DNA of 64,000 bases from Octopus bimaculoides. Lineage: Eukaryota. Positions 1 through 12,489 of the stretch are shown here, in pieces; the first letter of the stretch is position 1, and each line of letters opens with the position of its first letter. The DNA lies in assembly GCF_001194135.2 (NCBI RefSeq), contig NC_068982.1, forward strand, positions 28,797,349 through 28,861,348. The letters run 5' to 3'. Made by a program: the position numbers and the translations under genes. The notes below the pieces were generated by a model that was not told the origin of the DNA, ran no database searches, and saw nothing but the letters and a program-made list of their open reading frames with translations.

Positions 1-32
<32 letters not shown>

Positions 33-265
33 ATTATTACTTCTAAATCTCTCAAAGAGAGATATTCTGTAACAGTTCTTAAAGTAAAGGCTATTTGCCA
101 ACATAATGTGGCAGTCCTGAATGGGACGAATGTTATTGTTGTTTAGTACCAGGAAACGTCGTTTCCAGCTGGCTATACGACACAATATCTGTGTCCTTAT
201 ATTTTCGAACAGGGGAGCTCAGCACCCCTATCCAGCACAAAGCAACATCTGTGGACCGGTTTTGG

Positions 266-306
<41 letters not shown>

Positions 307-553
307 TTATTATTATCATTATTATTTTTAGTTGTGGAAACTGGGGAGGGTGAGATGGTGAAATGGAGTTCGTAGCCCCCCGCCGTACCAGTAATACTCT
401 ACTTGAAACATCGTAATTCAACAGCTGTAGCAGAGGCATGAGAAGGAAGAGTGTTACAAGGATCGACGGCTTTGAGGGGGGGGGGGGAAGCGGCGAGTAA
501 TTGGAGTAGGGGTCTGGATACAGTAAGCTTGATGAAAAAAGAGAGACAGGAAT

Positions 554-799
554 GCGAATCCTGCTGTACTCTTTCACCACAACTTTCTCTCACTCTTACT
601 TCCTGTTTCTGTTGTTCCTGTAATTCAAAGGGTCAGCCGTGTCACACTGTGTCACGATGACTATCCCCGAGAACTACGTTAAGGGTACACGTATCTGTGG
701 AGTGCTCAGCCATTTGCACGTTAATTTCACGAGCAGGCTGTTCCGTTGATCGGATCAACTGGAACCCTCGACGTCGTAAGCGACGGAGTGCCAACAACA
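554..799 (+). mobile_element. 5'-truncated SINE family B copy
   Basis: Near-identical by eye to the 3' part of the copy at 26042-26417 (…ctgctgtactcttt…acggagtgccaacaaca); lacks the tRNA-like head. Confidence 0.85.
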
Positions 800-936
800 G
801 TGTATAGCCCAGGAGTCGGATCGTGACTTCGATAATCAGTGGTATGGCCTTTGCTTGAATGCGTGTGTATGCACGCACTACCAGCAACATTTCCCAGAAA
901 TAGGAGCAATAGAACATTGTAAGCCTCGCATGAAGT

Positions 937-1191
937 TTGTGGTTCTCAACCGATCTTTTCCTAAGGACCTTTATGGTTTTTATTTTCCTCGGTCGGACCC
1001 TCATAGCCATTTGCTGATTAAAAAAACCCTAATATATTTTTATAATTAAATATCATTAGAAATCGTTATTAAACATTGTTGAAATGTCATATGCATTGTA
1101 AAAGTATAAGCAATTTATTGCACACTAATTTTAACAGCAAAATCTTATATGGACTCCCGAGAGTCATATGGACCCCGGTTGAGAATCACTG
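937..1191. mobile_element. hAT/Charlie-type MITE (~255 bp)
   Basis: Imperfect TIRs TTGTGGTTCTCAACCGA / CCGGTTGAGAATCACTG resemble the CAGTGGTTCTCAACC Charlie-type terminus; no intact TSD. Confidence 0.65.
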
Positions 1192-2180
1192 ATATAGACA
1201 GAAATGAATTCAAGTAAAATGCACAACACATCCAGCTGCCTTAAAAAGATCATCATAGACAAAATTTAATGTCAATCCCCTAATACATGCCCTAGATTCA
1301 TTGATATACAGGGTGGTCACGATTGGAAAATTTTTCATTTGTGTGCTCTAGCAAACTAAAACCTAGTTCTAAATAATAAGTGAACTCCTAAGAGGTGACC
1401 AATGACAGCCTTTGAGCGGTCACACGAACTACAACAAACAACAGCAGTCTTATCTCCCCTGAATCGTACACTTCGGAATCTTAAAACAATGAAAGATATG
1501 TTGAATAGCGCAAGATAGGATGCTCACAGCAAGGGAAGATTTTGTCATGCGTTAGCAACATCAAACTTCACCCGGGGCTAAAGAGTAATAACTGGCCTAG
1601 ATTCAGTGTGGTAAGTGAATTTGCTAAGAGCAGCTGTCAAATTGCACCCAAAATCACATCCTACCGCATTCAAAATAGAAAATATAGCTCTTAACTGAAA
1701 TAGGAACGGAAGGGATTCATTGTAAATATACTCAAGCTAGAAATATCAAAGCAAATTTCTTTAAATAATATTAACACATTCAATCTCTATATATGAAAGT
1801 ATATATTTGTGGTAGAGACGATATCTTTAAGATAGTGTGTCGGCACTAATACTGACAGACACGCACAGACACATTTACACATACATAAATACAGACATTG
1901 TATATAATATACGTATATAAATGACCAAGATCAGCAGAGTCTTTCTCAACGGGATCCCAGTCTGTCGCAAGAGAACTCATTTACTGCTAGGTGGAGTGGA
2001 GCAAGCAACGTGAAGAGAAATGGTTTTGCTCAAGAAAAACAACGGACCGCTCAGTTTGGATATCGAAAGCACAATCTTGCAATATTAAGTGCAATACCCT
2101 AACCACTAGGCCAAGCAACTTCTATGCTTATTTACATGTGTGTGTGTATGTGTGTGTGTGTAAGTCTATGTGTACGCGTA

Positions 2181-2280
2181 CGCCCCTGTAACTTAACGTT
2201 TCTGGAAAGAAACCGATTGAGTAAGCACCAGACTTTACAAAAATAAGTACTGGAGCCGATCTGTTCTATTAAAATCTTTA
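2181..2280 (+). mobile_element. Diverged 3' fragment of SINE family A
   Basis: cccctgtaacttaacg…gaaaccgat…aataagtactgg matches the 3' half of the copy at 3819-4195. Confidence 0.6.
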
Positions 2281-2370
2281 CGCAATTAAAATAACCTGTA
2301 AGTGTGTGTACATGTGTGTATATATGTATGGACACAGACACACATACACACATATAGGAAGAATTCACAA

Positions 2371-2480
2371 AATGACAAAAGACGAAGACAGATAGTGTAG
2401 ACAACAAACAGATGTATTAGTTTAACGCTCGGGAAGTGAAAAAGTGTTTAACGTTTCGAGGCTACTCTCTGGAAGGTGTA
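2371..2480 (-). mobile_element. Penelope-like terminal repeat fragment with decayed hammerhead-like motif
   Basis: Homologous to 34242-34395 (gacgaagacag…aacgctcgggaa…acgtttcgag); the minus strand keeps CTCGAAACGTT but the core is degenerate. Confidence 0.55.
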
Positions 2481-3129
2481 GAAAATCCCCCAAAAGTTCG
2501 TTGGTTTATGAGGTGGAGACAGGATCAGCGAGAGAAAGAGTACTATACGTTTTCTCTACAGTAACAAAGAAATAATATTGTGTAAAGATTTCATGTTATG
2601 TTCTTTCAAGATCACCTACGTTAAAGTACAATCCTCATAGAGCCCGCCTCTATTTTATTGCACTGTAGCAGCGTAAAGTTATGAAATAAAATATATAAAA
2701 ATAAACATTGAAAGGTAAATGAAATTGCATTTACAATATACAAATTAATTCAACTCTAAAGCAGTAATCTATGCTCTTTTATGTCCCTTTTCTGAGATAC
2801 GCTGAGCGCAAAATATTTTCATGTTGTTATACAACTCGTAGGTTGCGTTTCTGCTATGTTTTCAACGTGGGAAACTGGGACAAATAAATAATAAAAAAAA
2901 CGTTTGCAAGTTTAAACAAAGCCGTCGCGTGGTGAAATACTAAGTAGCATAACTGATTCAAAATTTGCCGGCTTTTCAGTTTACTTTTGAGCTGAGTGGC
3001 GGCAGATAACGTGCTTTACAACTTTCGCTTTACAAATATTTATTCTTTGTTGTGTATCTGTCGCTTGCTATCAGTGGTTGTGCACACACGCACGCAGGAA
3101 CAATGTAATCACAAAAAGAAAAAAAGAAA

Positions 3130-3700
3130 AAAAGCAGCGAAGAAAGAGTAACATTAGACACGAAATTGAAGATTTACGGAAATTTGACGATTGATAGTGA
3201 ATTGCAGATATTGAGCAGGTCTTCAGTCAGCAACTAACACCTACACGGACAATTCGCAGCAAGCAGTACCGAAAATTTAAAAATCTGTATGAGACGTGTA
3301 CCACGTTCAACTGCTATAATATCAATTTGGAATAGAACCCTTACAAAGTAAAGCATGCGTCATCGTAGCTTTCCCTGTCCGTTACTTGCCATGAATATGA
3401 AATCTTTAAATGTACGAGTATTTGATAATCCAAAGAAAAATATTATTGACAGGAGATACATATTGCGAAAAATTCTTAGCATATATAATACAGGTCTGTT
3501 TGGAAGCGAATACCTAATTGGACTCGTATTACTAAAGACGAAAGAAACTCTACGAGAGTTTAAGGTTATTAAAGATCGTATGACTCTTGTATATGGTTGT
3601 AATGCTTCAGGAAATTTCAAGGTCAACTCCGTGGTTGTTTACCATTGCAAGTCACAAATAGCTATGAAATCTCATGTTTATGGCGATCATATATACAGGC
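3130..3700 (+). mobile_element. Decayed Tigger/pogo (CENP-B-like) transposase remnant
   Basis: VTLDTKLKI (N-terminal HTH-like, ~3148) and KDRMTLVYGCNASGNFK (from 3571) match the DDE_1 motif KDRLTLLLGANASGDFK; frameshifted and internally deleted. Confidence 0.75.
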
Positions 3701-3818
3701 GTAATTCAACAGAAAAGTGCTTAACGATTTGCTTATTTCGAGCCCAGCTGTATAATGATAGAATTTGCCTGACTTCTTGTGAACAAAGCTCCAGGTCATC
3801 AACTTAATTTGAATAATC

Positions 3819-4195
3819 AGGAGTGCAGTGGTTGTGTGGTAAGTAACTTGCTTACCAACCACATGGTTCCAGGTTCAGTCGCACTGCGTGGCACCTTGGG
3901 CAAGTGTCTTCTACTATAGCCTCGGGCCGACCAAAGCCTTGTGAGTGGATTTGGTAGACGGAAACTGAAAGAAGCCCATTCGTATATATATATATATATA
4001 TATATATGCGTGTGTTTGTGTGTCTGTGTTTGTCCCCCCAACATCGCTTGACAACCGATGCTGGTGTGTTTACGTCCCCGTAACTTAGCGGTTCCGCAAA
4101 AGAAACCGATAGAATAAGTACTAGGCTTACAAAGAATAGTCGATTTGCTCGACTAAAGGCGGTGCCCCAGCATGGCCGCAGTCAAATGACTGAAA
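3819..4195 (+). mobile_element. SINE family A (tRNA-derived head, CORE-like segment, internal microsatellite)
   Basis: A-box-like TGGTTGTGTGGTAAG and B-box-like GGTTCAGTC; GGCACCTTGGGCAAGTGTCTT resembles the CORE domain; internal (TA)n at 3983-4007; about 10 related copies in the window. Confidence 0.85.
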
Positions 4196-4324
4196 GATCT
4201 TTCAGATCGTTATGTAATAAGCTTGTTTTCTTTCTCTTTCTTAAATATACTCTTTTATTGTCTATGTAAGCCCTAGGACTCATAAAGTTATTTACTCAGT
4301 TTCCATAGTATAAGTGACTGAAAT

Positions 4325-4504
4325 CACGACTAGCAATTTTGAGGAGAGGGGACAAGTCGATTACGTACGTTAATTCATCGACCTCAAAGAGAAGAAACGC
4401 AAAGTCGACCTCGATGAGATTGGAACTCATAAATTAAAGAGCCTGAAGAAATTCCGCTAAGCGTTTTGTCCGACGTGCTAATGACTCTCCCAGCTCGCCA
4501 TCTT
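4325..4504 (-). mobile_element. Diverged SINE family D copy
   Basis: Reverse complement of the ggcgagctgg…ttagcacg…gaggtcgactttgc…gataaattaa pattern seen in many copies. Confidence 0.75.
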
Positions 4505-4674
4505 CCTAAATATATCCATGGCACACAAATATTTCAGTGCTTAACAGAAGTGTTTTGAGATTTATTCAGGAGCTTGGAAAATTTATTAGAGGATTGACAG
4601 AATCGGTACGGTGTCGAACTAAATGTATTTCGAGATTTGTTACCGCACCTTACGTTATTTCTCTTAGTTCATTT

Positions 4675-4677
<3 letters not shown>

Positions 4678-4714
<37 letters not shown>
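4678..4714. repeat. (GT)n microsatellite
   Basis: Direct reading. Confidence 0.95.
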
Positions 4715-4717
<3 letters not shown>

Positions 4718-4722
4718 AACGG

Positions 4723-4941
4723 CGTGGGGTGGGTGCAGAAAAGTTCATGGCTTTAAGAGTATCGCGAAGGAGCTGGTTGGAGGCCCCACCTTCCGAGCTC
4801 TTTTACAGGCCTTGGAAAAAGTGAAGGACTGCTGCAATAAGTGCGTGACTCTAGGAAGGGGATATGTTGAATAAAATCATAATTAACGAATCCTCCTGTT
4901 TTTTTTAACGAAAGTCAAGAAATGTTCAGTACCCCCTCTTG
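4723..4941 (+). mobile_element. Mariner-derived MITE, diverged copy
   Basis: Reverse complement of 40891-41108; encodes mariner C-terminus-like CCNKCVTLGRGYVE*; degenerate TIRs. Confidence 0.75.
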
Positions 4942-4990
4942 TAGATATATATATAAATGTATATGTATGTGTGTGTGTGTGTGTGTGTTT

Positions 4991-5074
4991 GAGAAGCCGG
5001 ATCTGGCTGGTGTTAACAATAAAACAGGTAGAATATTTGGCAGGATATGCTCAATTTAAATACTAAAAGGTTTA
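4991..5074 (-). mobile_element. Possible terminal fragment of a TTAA-type MITE
   Basis: The minus strand begins TAAACCTTTTAGTATT, resembling TTAACCCTTT-type termini; assignment is from recall only. Confidence 0.35.
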
Positions 5075-5271
5075 GTCGAGTATGACATTTTAATATCGGC
5101 AAGGAGAGTCAACACCCATTGACAAGGTTGCAAAAGCAACAAAAAGTTTGAAAGAAAAATTTAAATAATAAATGAGTGGAAATCGAACCGGCGCGTGTGC
5201 TAGATAATAAGGCATTAAGGCAATATGACTTTCTCCAGACAAGAATATATATATATTTTGTTTATACTTCC

Positions 5272-5386
5272 TGCACTGAAGAGTACATTGTATATATAAT
5301 TAAATTAATTTAATTACTTTAATCTAATTCAATTCAATCATGAATTTGCATTATTTTTATATTTCTATACGAAACGATCGTCTGCA
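5272..5386 (+). ncRNA. Type I hammerhead ribozyme motif, canonical core, 82-nt loop II
   Basis: UGCA-CUGAAGA-GUA-[82 nt]-UAC-GAAA-CGAUCG-U-C-UGCA. Stem I is 5272-5275/5383-5386, stem II is 5283-5285/5368-5370, stem III is the palindromic ACGAUCGU; predicted cleavage after C5382. Confidence 0.7.
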
Positions 5387-5498
5387 TGAATTAAAATTCT
5401 CTTATATATTTTAACATCTTGTCTTCTCCATTTTTATCTAAATTGATGAGTTTTATGGGACTTATTTCCATAAATTCACCACACGTCGAATCACGGTA

Positions 5499-5733
5499 TA
5501 GATAAAACAGGGGACAACTGATGAAGGGAATGTTCTTTATGTTGCCTGATTCGTTACTCTATTTGTTTCTTTCGTTGTTCGAAAAAAAGTTCGCTTTCTA
5601 TGCTTTTTTATGTTCTCGTTTCTCTTTTTGTTCACGTTTTTTCGTAGATGTCCTGTACCCATATATGCATGTATATATACATATATATGTAGGTATGTAC
5701 ATATATGTATGTATACATGCATACACTTATATA
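5499..5733 (+). mobile_element. Dispersed repeat family E (Penelope/retrozyme-like), downstream of the hammerhead
   Basis: Inverted homolog at ~12250-12483 (tagataaaacaggggacaactgatgaaggg…gtacccatatatgcatg). Confidence 0.7.
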
Positions 5734-6229
<496 letters not shown>

Positions 6230-6233
6230 TTAT

Positions 6234-6271
<38 letters not shown>

Positions 6272-6356
6272 ATGGACTCTCCCGTGAAAAACAACGATAT
6301 GAGCGTTCAGTTTTTATTGAACTACCTGCACAAGTGATTTCTTCATAGTGATCGAA

Positions 6357-6572
6357 TGTTCATGTTGCACATTAGCTCACTCTCTCCATCAAATCGACGC
6401 TGTCTGAGCAGGTGCATTATACACCATGTGTCAGTTATCAAAGTGATCGCAGAGCAGCATGAAATGAAGTGTTTTGCCCAAGAACACAGCGCACCACCCG
6501 CTCTAGGAATCGAAAGCACGATCTCGCGATCGTGAGAGCAGCACCCTAATCGCTAGCTCATACACGCTCGCT
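6357..6572 (-). mobile_element. SINE with family C head and a distinct 3' module
   Basis: Minus-strand head (gattagggtg…ttcgattcct…gtgttcttgggcaaaacacttcatttca) matches 18464-18729; the tail differs. Confidence 0.75.
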
Positions 6573-6609
6573 ATATACATATATGTGTGTCTTTGTATAT
6601 TTGTATGTG

Positions 6610-6622
<13 letters not shown>

Positions 6623-6687
<65 letters not shown>

Positions 6688-6715
6688 TACACACTCTGTC
6701 TGTCTGTCTGTATCC

Positions 6716-6754
<39 letters not shown>

Positions 6755-6760
6755 GGACAC
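6623..6760. repeat. Compound (TA)n/(CA)n/(CT)n microsatellite
   Basis: Direct reading. Confidence 0.95.
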
Positions 6761-6907
6761 ACACTTACACATTCTCTTTTTATGTTGTCAGCAAAATGAA
6801 TGGATTTTTGCAAGACGTCTCACTGTGGGAATATATTTCCATGTATTACATTATGTATGCGTGGTTGTGAGTTCTTGTGTGAGCGCGCATCCGGGTCTGT
6901 GTGCATG

Positions 6908-6947
<40 letters not shown>

Positions 6948-7123
6948 TGCCTTTGTATGTGTATGAGTGATAGAGACAGATTTGTTTTAGATAAGTGACA
7001 TTTTTGTACGTGTGAGAACGTACGCGCATGTTTCTGTGCACGTACGTGTCTTTAAATGTTAATACGTGCTTAAGAAAAAGAGATAAGGTAACTTCCTTCC
7101 TTGTATGTATGTATGAATGTATG

Positions 7124-7161
<38 letters not shown>

Positions 7162-7656
7162 NNNNNNNNNNNNNNNNNNNNNNNNNNNNNNNNNNNNNNN
7201 NNNNNNNNNNNNNNNNNNNNNNNNNNNNNNNNNNNNNNNNNNNNNNNNNNNNNNNNNNNNNNNNNNNNNNNNNNNNNNNNNNNNNNNNNNNNNNNNNNNN
7301 NNNNNNNNNNNNNNNNNNNNNNNNNNNNNNNNNNNNNNNNNNNNNNNNNNNNNNNNNNNNNNNNNNNNNNNNNNNNNNNNNNNNNNNNNNNNNNNNNNNN
7401 NNNNNNNNNNNNNNNNNNNNNNNNNNNNNNNNNNNNNNNNNNNNNNNNNNNNNNNNNNNNNNNNNNNNNNNNNNNNNNNNNNNNNNNNNNNNNNNNNNNN
7501 NNNNNNNNNNNNNNNNNNNNNNNNNNNNNNNNNNNNNNNNNNNNNNNNNNNNNNNNNNNNNNNNNNNNNNNNNNNNNNNNNNNNNNNNNNNNNNNNNNNN
7601 NNNNNNNNNNNNNNNNNNNNNNNNNNNNNNNNNNNNNNNNNNNNNNNNNNNNNNNN
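7162..7656. other. Assembly gap
   Basis: N run. Other gaps: 11957-12192, 24766-25093, 29648-29657, 30885-30994, 33121-33343, 37531-37540, 38822-38971, 50613-50915, 54513-54698. Confidence 1.
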
Positions 7657-7914
7657 TAGCCTAAGGTGCCACGCAGTGGGAATGAACCCATATATATAAA
7701 TATATATAATGTGTGTACATATATGTTCACACACATTCTGTATATATGAATGTGTGTATGTGTGTATATATGTGTGCATGCATGTATGTATATATAAATG
7801 TATATAATGTGTGTACATGTATGTACACACACTGTATGTACACACATTGTATGTATGTATTTAAAAAATGTTCTCTTAGTTTCAACTCAAAGCTGTGGCC
7901 GTGCTGGGGCACTG

Positions 7915-7970
<56 letters not shown>
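7915..7970. repeat. (ATCT)n tetranucleotide repeat
   Basis: Direct reading; similar tracts at 9231-9285, ~31218-31297, 37429-37471 and 63787-64000. Confidence 0.95.
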
Positions 7971-8597
7971 GCATCTATGTATATCTGCCTGTCTTTCTGT
8001 ATGCATGTGCATGCGTGCGTCCGTGTGACGGAAACTGCGTGTACAAGGTCTTCAGTGTTCGATAAGTTGCTTATGCAGCAAATATACGAATGCGATACCA
8101 AAGGAGCGTATTTTCTCATAAACTATGCTATAAATACTTAAATATGAAATATTTAAATAAATAAAAAAAGAAATGAATAATTTCAAAAAGCAGAGTCATT
8201 TCCAGGAATTTTTGATAAAATTTTACAGGAAACCTCTTCGTCTATTTTTAGGGAGTGTCCCATTTATGAAAGAAACAGGAGAATCCACTGTAATAGTGAA
8301 ACTGATGTAAGCTCGTCAAGAGACACGGTTAAAAAGGAAATGCAGAGAGAGAGAGAGAGAGGGAGAGGGGAGAGAGAGAGAGGGGAGAGAGAGAGAGGGG
8401 TAGGGGGGAGAGAGGGCGTGTAATGATTTGAACATGCTTGAGGCAAGGAAGGAATGTTATATAAGAGGTATTAAGAAATGTAAAATATTGAAATGCAATT
8501 ACACGCTCACACATAAGTATATGTATATATGTTTGTGTGTGTGTGGATGTATTATGTACATATATAACATACACTTCACACACGCACACACACATGC

Positions 8598-8629
<32 letters not shown>

Positions 8630-8760
8630 ATTTGTCTGGTTCGTGATTTGATTTGAAACTAAAACAATGTCGGCATGAAAAACACGTCAACCGTTCAAAA
8701 AGGCACAAAGACTGTTAACTTCATTTAAAGCTTTCTTTTTTGATATAAAGGAAGAAACAT

Positions 8761-8958
8761 ATTAACCACATATAAACAATCTATAAAATCAAAGACTCAT
8801 GATTTTCAACACACAATTTGCGACTTATTCCACTACCGTGGCGTCACGCCACCTGCGACCTGATTACTGACATGACTCCACAGTAGTGGAATAAGTCGCA
8901 AATTGTGTGTTGAAAATCATGAGTCTTTGATTTTATAGATTGTTTATATGTGGTTAAT
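8761..8958. repeat. Perfect 76-bp inverted repeat with 46-bp spacer
   Basis: 8761-8836 is the exact reverse complement of 8883-8958, checked base by base. Confidence 0.97.
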
Positions 8959-9230
8959 GTTTCTTTCACACACTTATTGTTAAACACAAACAAATGCACA
9001 CACCGACACACATATATTGTAGAATATAGAATGGTCAGTTGGATGTTAATGTCTGTTCAGCTTTTATTTTATTATGCCTTCAGTAGCTCGGCCGGTGCAT
9101 TACCTGTGGCCCGTCACGCATCAGCCTGCATTCTGTCCCTCATCGTTTGACGTTGAATTTTAGGTATCTGGTCCATCTGACCACTAATTGTCCTTATCTA
9201 TTTTACGCGTTTTGACGTATTCTTACCCAT

Positions 9231-9285
<55 letters not shown>

Positions 9286-9646
9286 GTCTATGAGCCTGTC
9301 TCTGTGTGTCTCACTCACGTGTATGCAAAAAGATGTACGCCTACTACTGTTAAGTTTTGAGCTCTACGCCGATTATCATTGTCCAGTCTGCTTCCACCAT
9401 AGCAATAAAGCGCAACTACTATCCTTAGTAGAATTACTAGTTGCCAAATACAGAGCAAATGTAGAAATTACGACAAACTCAATTCTATATTACTAGTTCC
9501 TGCGTACGTGTCACCATTATGGTCTTTGGAACCCTGCTTTGGATGTTCCAAGTGCATAAGCGTTAAGCATATCTTACACATAAGACTTTCTGCCATCCTT
9601 TCACTAGCTTAGCTAGGAATTGGGACCACGTTTAACTCAGATTAAA

Positions 9647-9805
9647 CCAGACCATCTTAAAATATGAATAGATATATTTGATAAGGTTGTCCTACATATT
9701 CTACGCCAGTAAGAATGAAAGACTAGTCGCAGCTGGAATGATTTTAAACATACGTCTGATCAAAGAAGGCTGGCCTTGAGTTGAACAACAATGACAGCTA
9801 CAATA
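9647..9805 (+). mobile_element. Old dispersed repeat family F (CAA-type tail)
   Basis: Similar to 17283-17435 (+) and 58034-58170 (-); fragments at ~14969-15021, ~24265-24325 and ~53995-54070. Confidence 0.5.
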
Positions 9806-9953
9806 ACAATTAACCCCTGAAACTCAGAGGAGGAGGAAAATAAATCAAGAAAAACTAAAAGAATAGTAGAATGCCGAACGAAGGAAGGAGAAGAAAGTAA
9901 TTCGGACAAGCGTAAAGGATAGAGAATAGAACCGAAATGGGAATCAGATATAA

Positions 9954-9993
<40 letters not shown>

Positions 9994-10039
9994 ATTATCA
10001 TGCTACATGATAATAAATATTGCTCATAGATAAGACAGA

Positions 10040-10263
10040 TGGCAGAAACGTTAGCACGCCGGGCGAAATGCTCAGCGGTATTTCGTCTGTCGTTACGTTC
10101 TGAGTTCAAATTCTGCCGAGGTCGACTTTGCCTTTCATCCGTTCGGGGTCGATAAATTAAGTACCAGTTACACACTGGGGTCGATGTAATCGACTTTATC
10201 CCTTTGTCTGTCTTTGTTTGTACCCTCTGTGTGTAGCCCCTTGTGGGCAGTAACGAAATAAGA
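10040..10263 (+). mobile_element. SINE family D with D2 tail
   Basis: Head GGCAGAAACGTTAGC, B-box GAGTTCAAATTC, central CCGAGGTCGACTTTGCCTTTCATCC…GGGGTCGATAAA (recalled as Meta/MESC-like), tail …gccccttgtgggcagtaacgaaataaga. Confidence 0.9.
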
Positions 10264-10847
10264 TGGAAACTGTACAGTATTTCAACGTGCTTCTTGGTCA
10301 GGGCCGCATTTTGTTGCTACAATTACACGTAAAGCCGTTAAATAAAGAATATCAAAACAGCGTTTCTAAGCAACTGTTTTGATCCGCTAACATAAATGTA
10401 GGTTTTCTATAGAACAATATTAATATATTGATATCATATATAAGGAATTCTGAGCACGTTGTGCCCTGTCAGCTAGAAGCACTCGCACCAATGAATCGAA
10501 CAAGAGACTATGGGTTTGTTATATTTTCAGCGAACGAATTGTTCGGTGATCTCAGAATCCCTTGTACTAATGAATCGAATGTATTATGAACACATAAATC
10601 TCGTAAAGCAGTTGTTCTCCAGTGACAAATGCAACAGCGATTAGCATATTTGCGTTCATATCTCCCAAAACATATTAAGAATAAACATGCTAGTTATCCT
10701 TTCGAATTTCGTTGTTTACCATCGGATTGTTGATGTCAACAGAATCAACGAAAAGTTTGTTGAAATTATAAGGAAATCCATCGGTTTTTGTTATATCCTG
10801 TATATCTTTCTAAAATCCAGTTGAATTGTTTCCATGAGTAAGTCATA

Positions 10848-11163
10848 GACGCATTGGCTCTGCGGTAAAAAGTTTGCTTTCGGAACACACGATTCTAGGT
10901 TCTGTCCCAATGCGTGGTATCTTCTACTATAGCCCCAGGTCAACCAAAGCCTTGTGAGTGGGTATATGTATATGCGTGTGCGTTTGTGTTTCTCTTTGTA
11001 CACCCCACCACCGCTTGGTTTGTTCAGATTTCTGTAACCTAGCGATTCGGCAAAACGTAGCCAATTGAAAATAGTACTCGGGTGCTTTTTTCGACTAATT
11101 CTTTGAAGGCGGTGCCCAGCATGACTGCAGTCTAATGACTGAGCCAAATAAAAGAAAAAGATA
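10848..11163 (+). mobile_element. Diverged SINE family A copy
   Basis: cttctactatagcc…caaagccttgtgagtgg…gaaggcggtgcccagcatgactgcagtctaatgactga. Confidence 0.8.
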
Positions 11164-11847
11164 ATTCTGTGGCCAAATAAATCATAAGCGAGCGTACTGT
11201 GTGTGTCTGTATGTTTTAAGTGGTTGTCTCGGCACGTCCGTAATGTAAGTGTTTTAGTTACACAGAACAGCAGAAACTCTCACTTGCCTAACACGTACAC
11301 CTCATAAATTCATGAAAAAAAAAAAAAGAATTTTGCTAAATCCCATTAGCATAACACTAAGTACTACGTACTGTTGACTGCTTTGTAAAACGTTCGACTG
11401 TAAATTGCCAGAAAGCAATCTCGATGATTTCATATAATGAGTTACTGGCCTGGAAAGACAACCTTAAAAAATTCCATCATCGTTGCTCTCATCACCAGTG
11501 CAGTTTTACGGTGAATTACATAAGGTACAATTTCATCTGAAGAGCAGCAGTAGAAGAACTATGATCTCATTGACAAGTGGAGTACTTAAAGATGATAGCG
11601 TAAGTAGGAATAAACAAAGCTTCTATTTACAAGCAGTGTGTATGTGTAGGTGGGTGGTGCGCAAAGTCACCCCCACTGCTTAAAGGCATCGGCAGGCGTA
11701 TAGTTAAACAGACGTTTATCACGTCTATCAAACAATTTTACTTGTATTCAACACCGTTTTATTTCTGGTATTCTCGAGCTCAAAACCCATAAATAAATGT
11801 TCTCTTTAATTTTCATTCAATTTGATAACTATCACCACAAATAGTTA

Positions 11848-11956
11848 TCTCTCTCTCTCTCTCTCTCTTTCTCCGCGCTCTCTCTCCCTCTCTCCCTCTC
11901 TTTCTCTCTCTTTCCCTCTCAGTCTGTCTCTGTCTCTCTCTCCCTCTCTCTCTCTC
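11848..11956. repeat. (CT)n-rich tract
   Basis: Direct reading; runs into a gap. Confidence 0.95.
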
Positions 11957-12249
11957 NNNNNNNNNNNNNNNNNNNNNNNNNNNNNNNNNNNNNNNNNNNN
12001 NNNNNNNNNNNNNNNNNNNNNNNNNNNNNNNNNNNNNNNNNNNNNNNNNNNNNNNNNNNNNNNNNNNNNNNNNNNNNNNNNNNNNNNNNNNNNNNNNNNN
12101 NNNNNNNNNNNNNNNNNNNNNNNNNNNNNNNNNNNNNNNNNNNNNNNNNNNNNNNNNNNNNNNNNNNNNNNNNNNNNNNNNNNNNNNNNNNNAAAAACTT
12201 ACTTGGAAAAGGATGCGTGGCGTTCGATCATATAATAATATAAATAATA

Positions 12250-12483
12250 TATAAATATATGCATATATACATACGTATATGTACATACCTACATATATAT
12301 GTATATATACATGCATATATGGGTACATGACATCAAAAAACGTAGACAAAATGAGAAACGAGAACATGAAATACAAAAACATATAAAACGAACTTTTTTT
12401 CGAACAACGAAAAAAACAAACAGAGAAACGAGACATGCAACATAAAGAACATTCCCTTCATCAGTTGTCCCCTGTTTTATCTA
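12250..12483 (-). mobile_element. Repeat family E copy (5'-truncated)
   Basis: Reverse complement of 5499-5733. Confidence 0.75.
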
Positions 12484-12489
12484 CTCCGC

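Noticed and set aside
5518-5600. Second hammerhead starting at CTGATGA (5518-5524)
   Set aside because: No compatible stem I, stem II or stem III could be built with the downstream GAAA in either family E copy.
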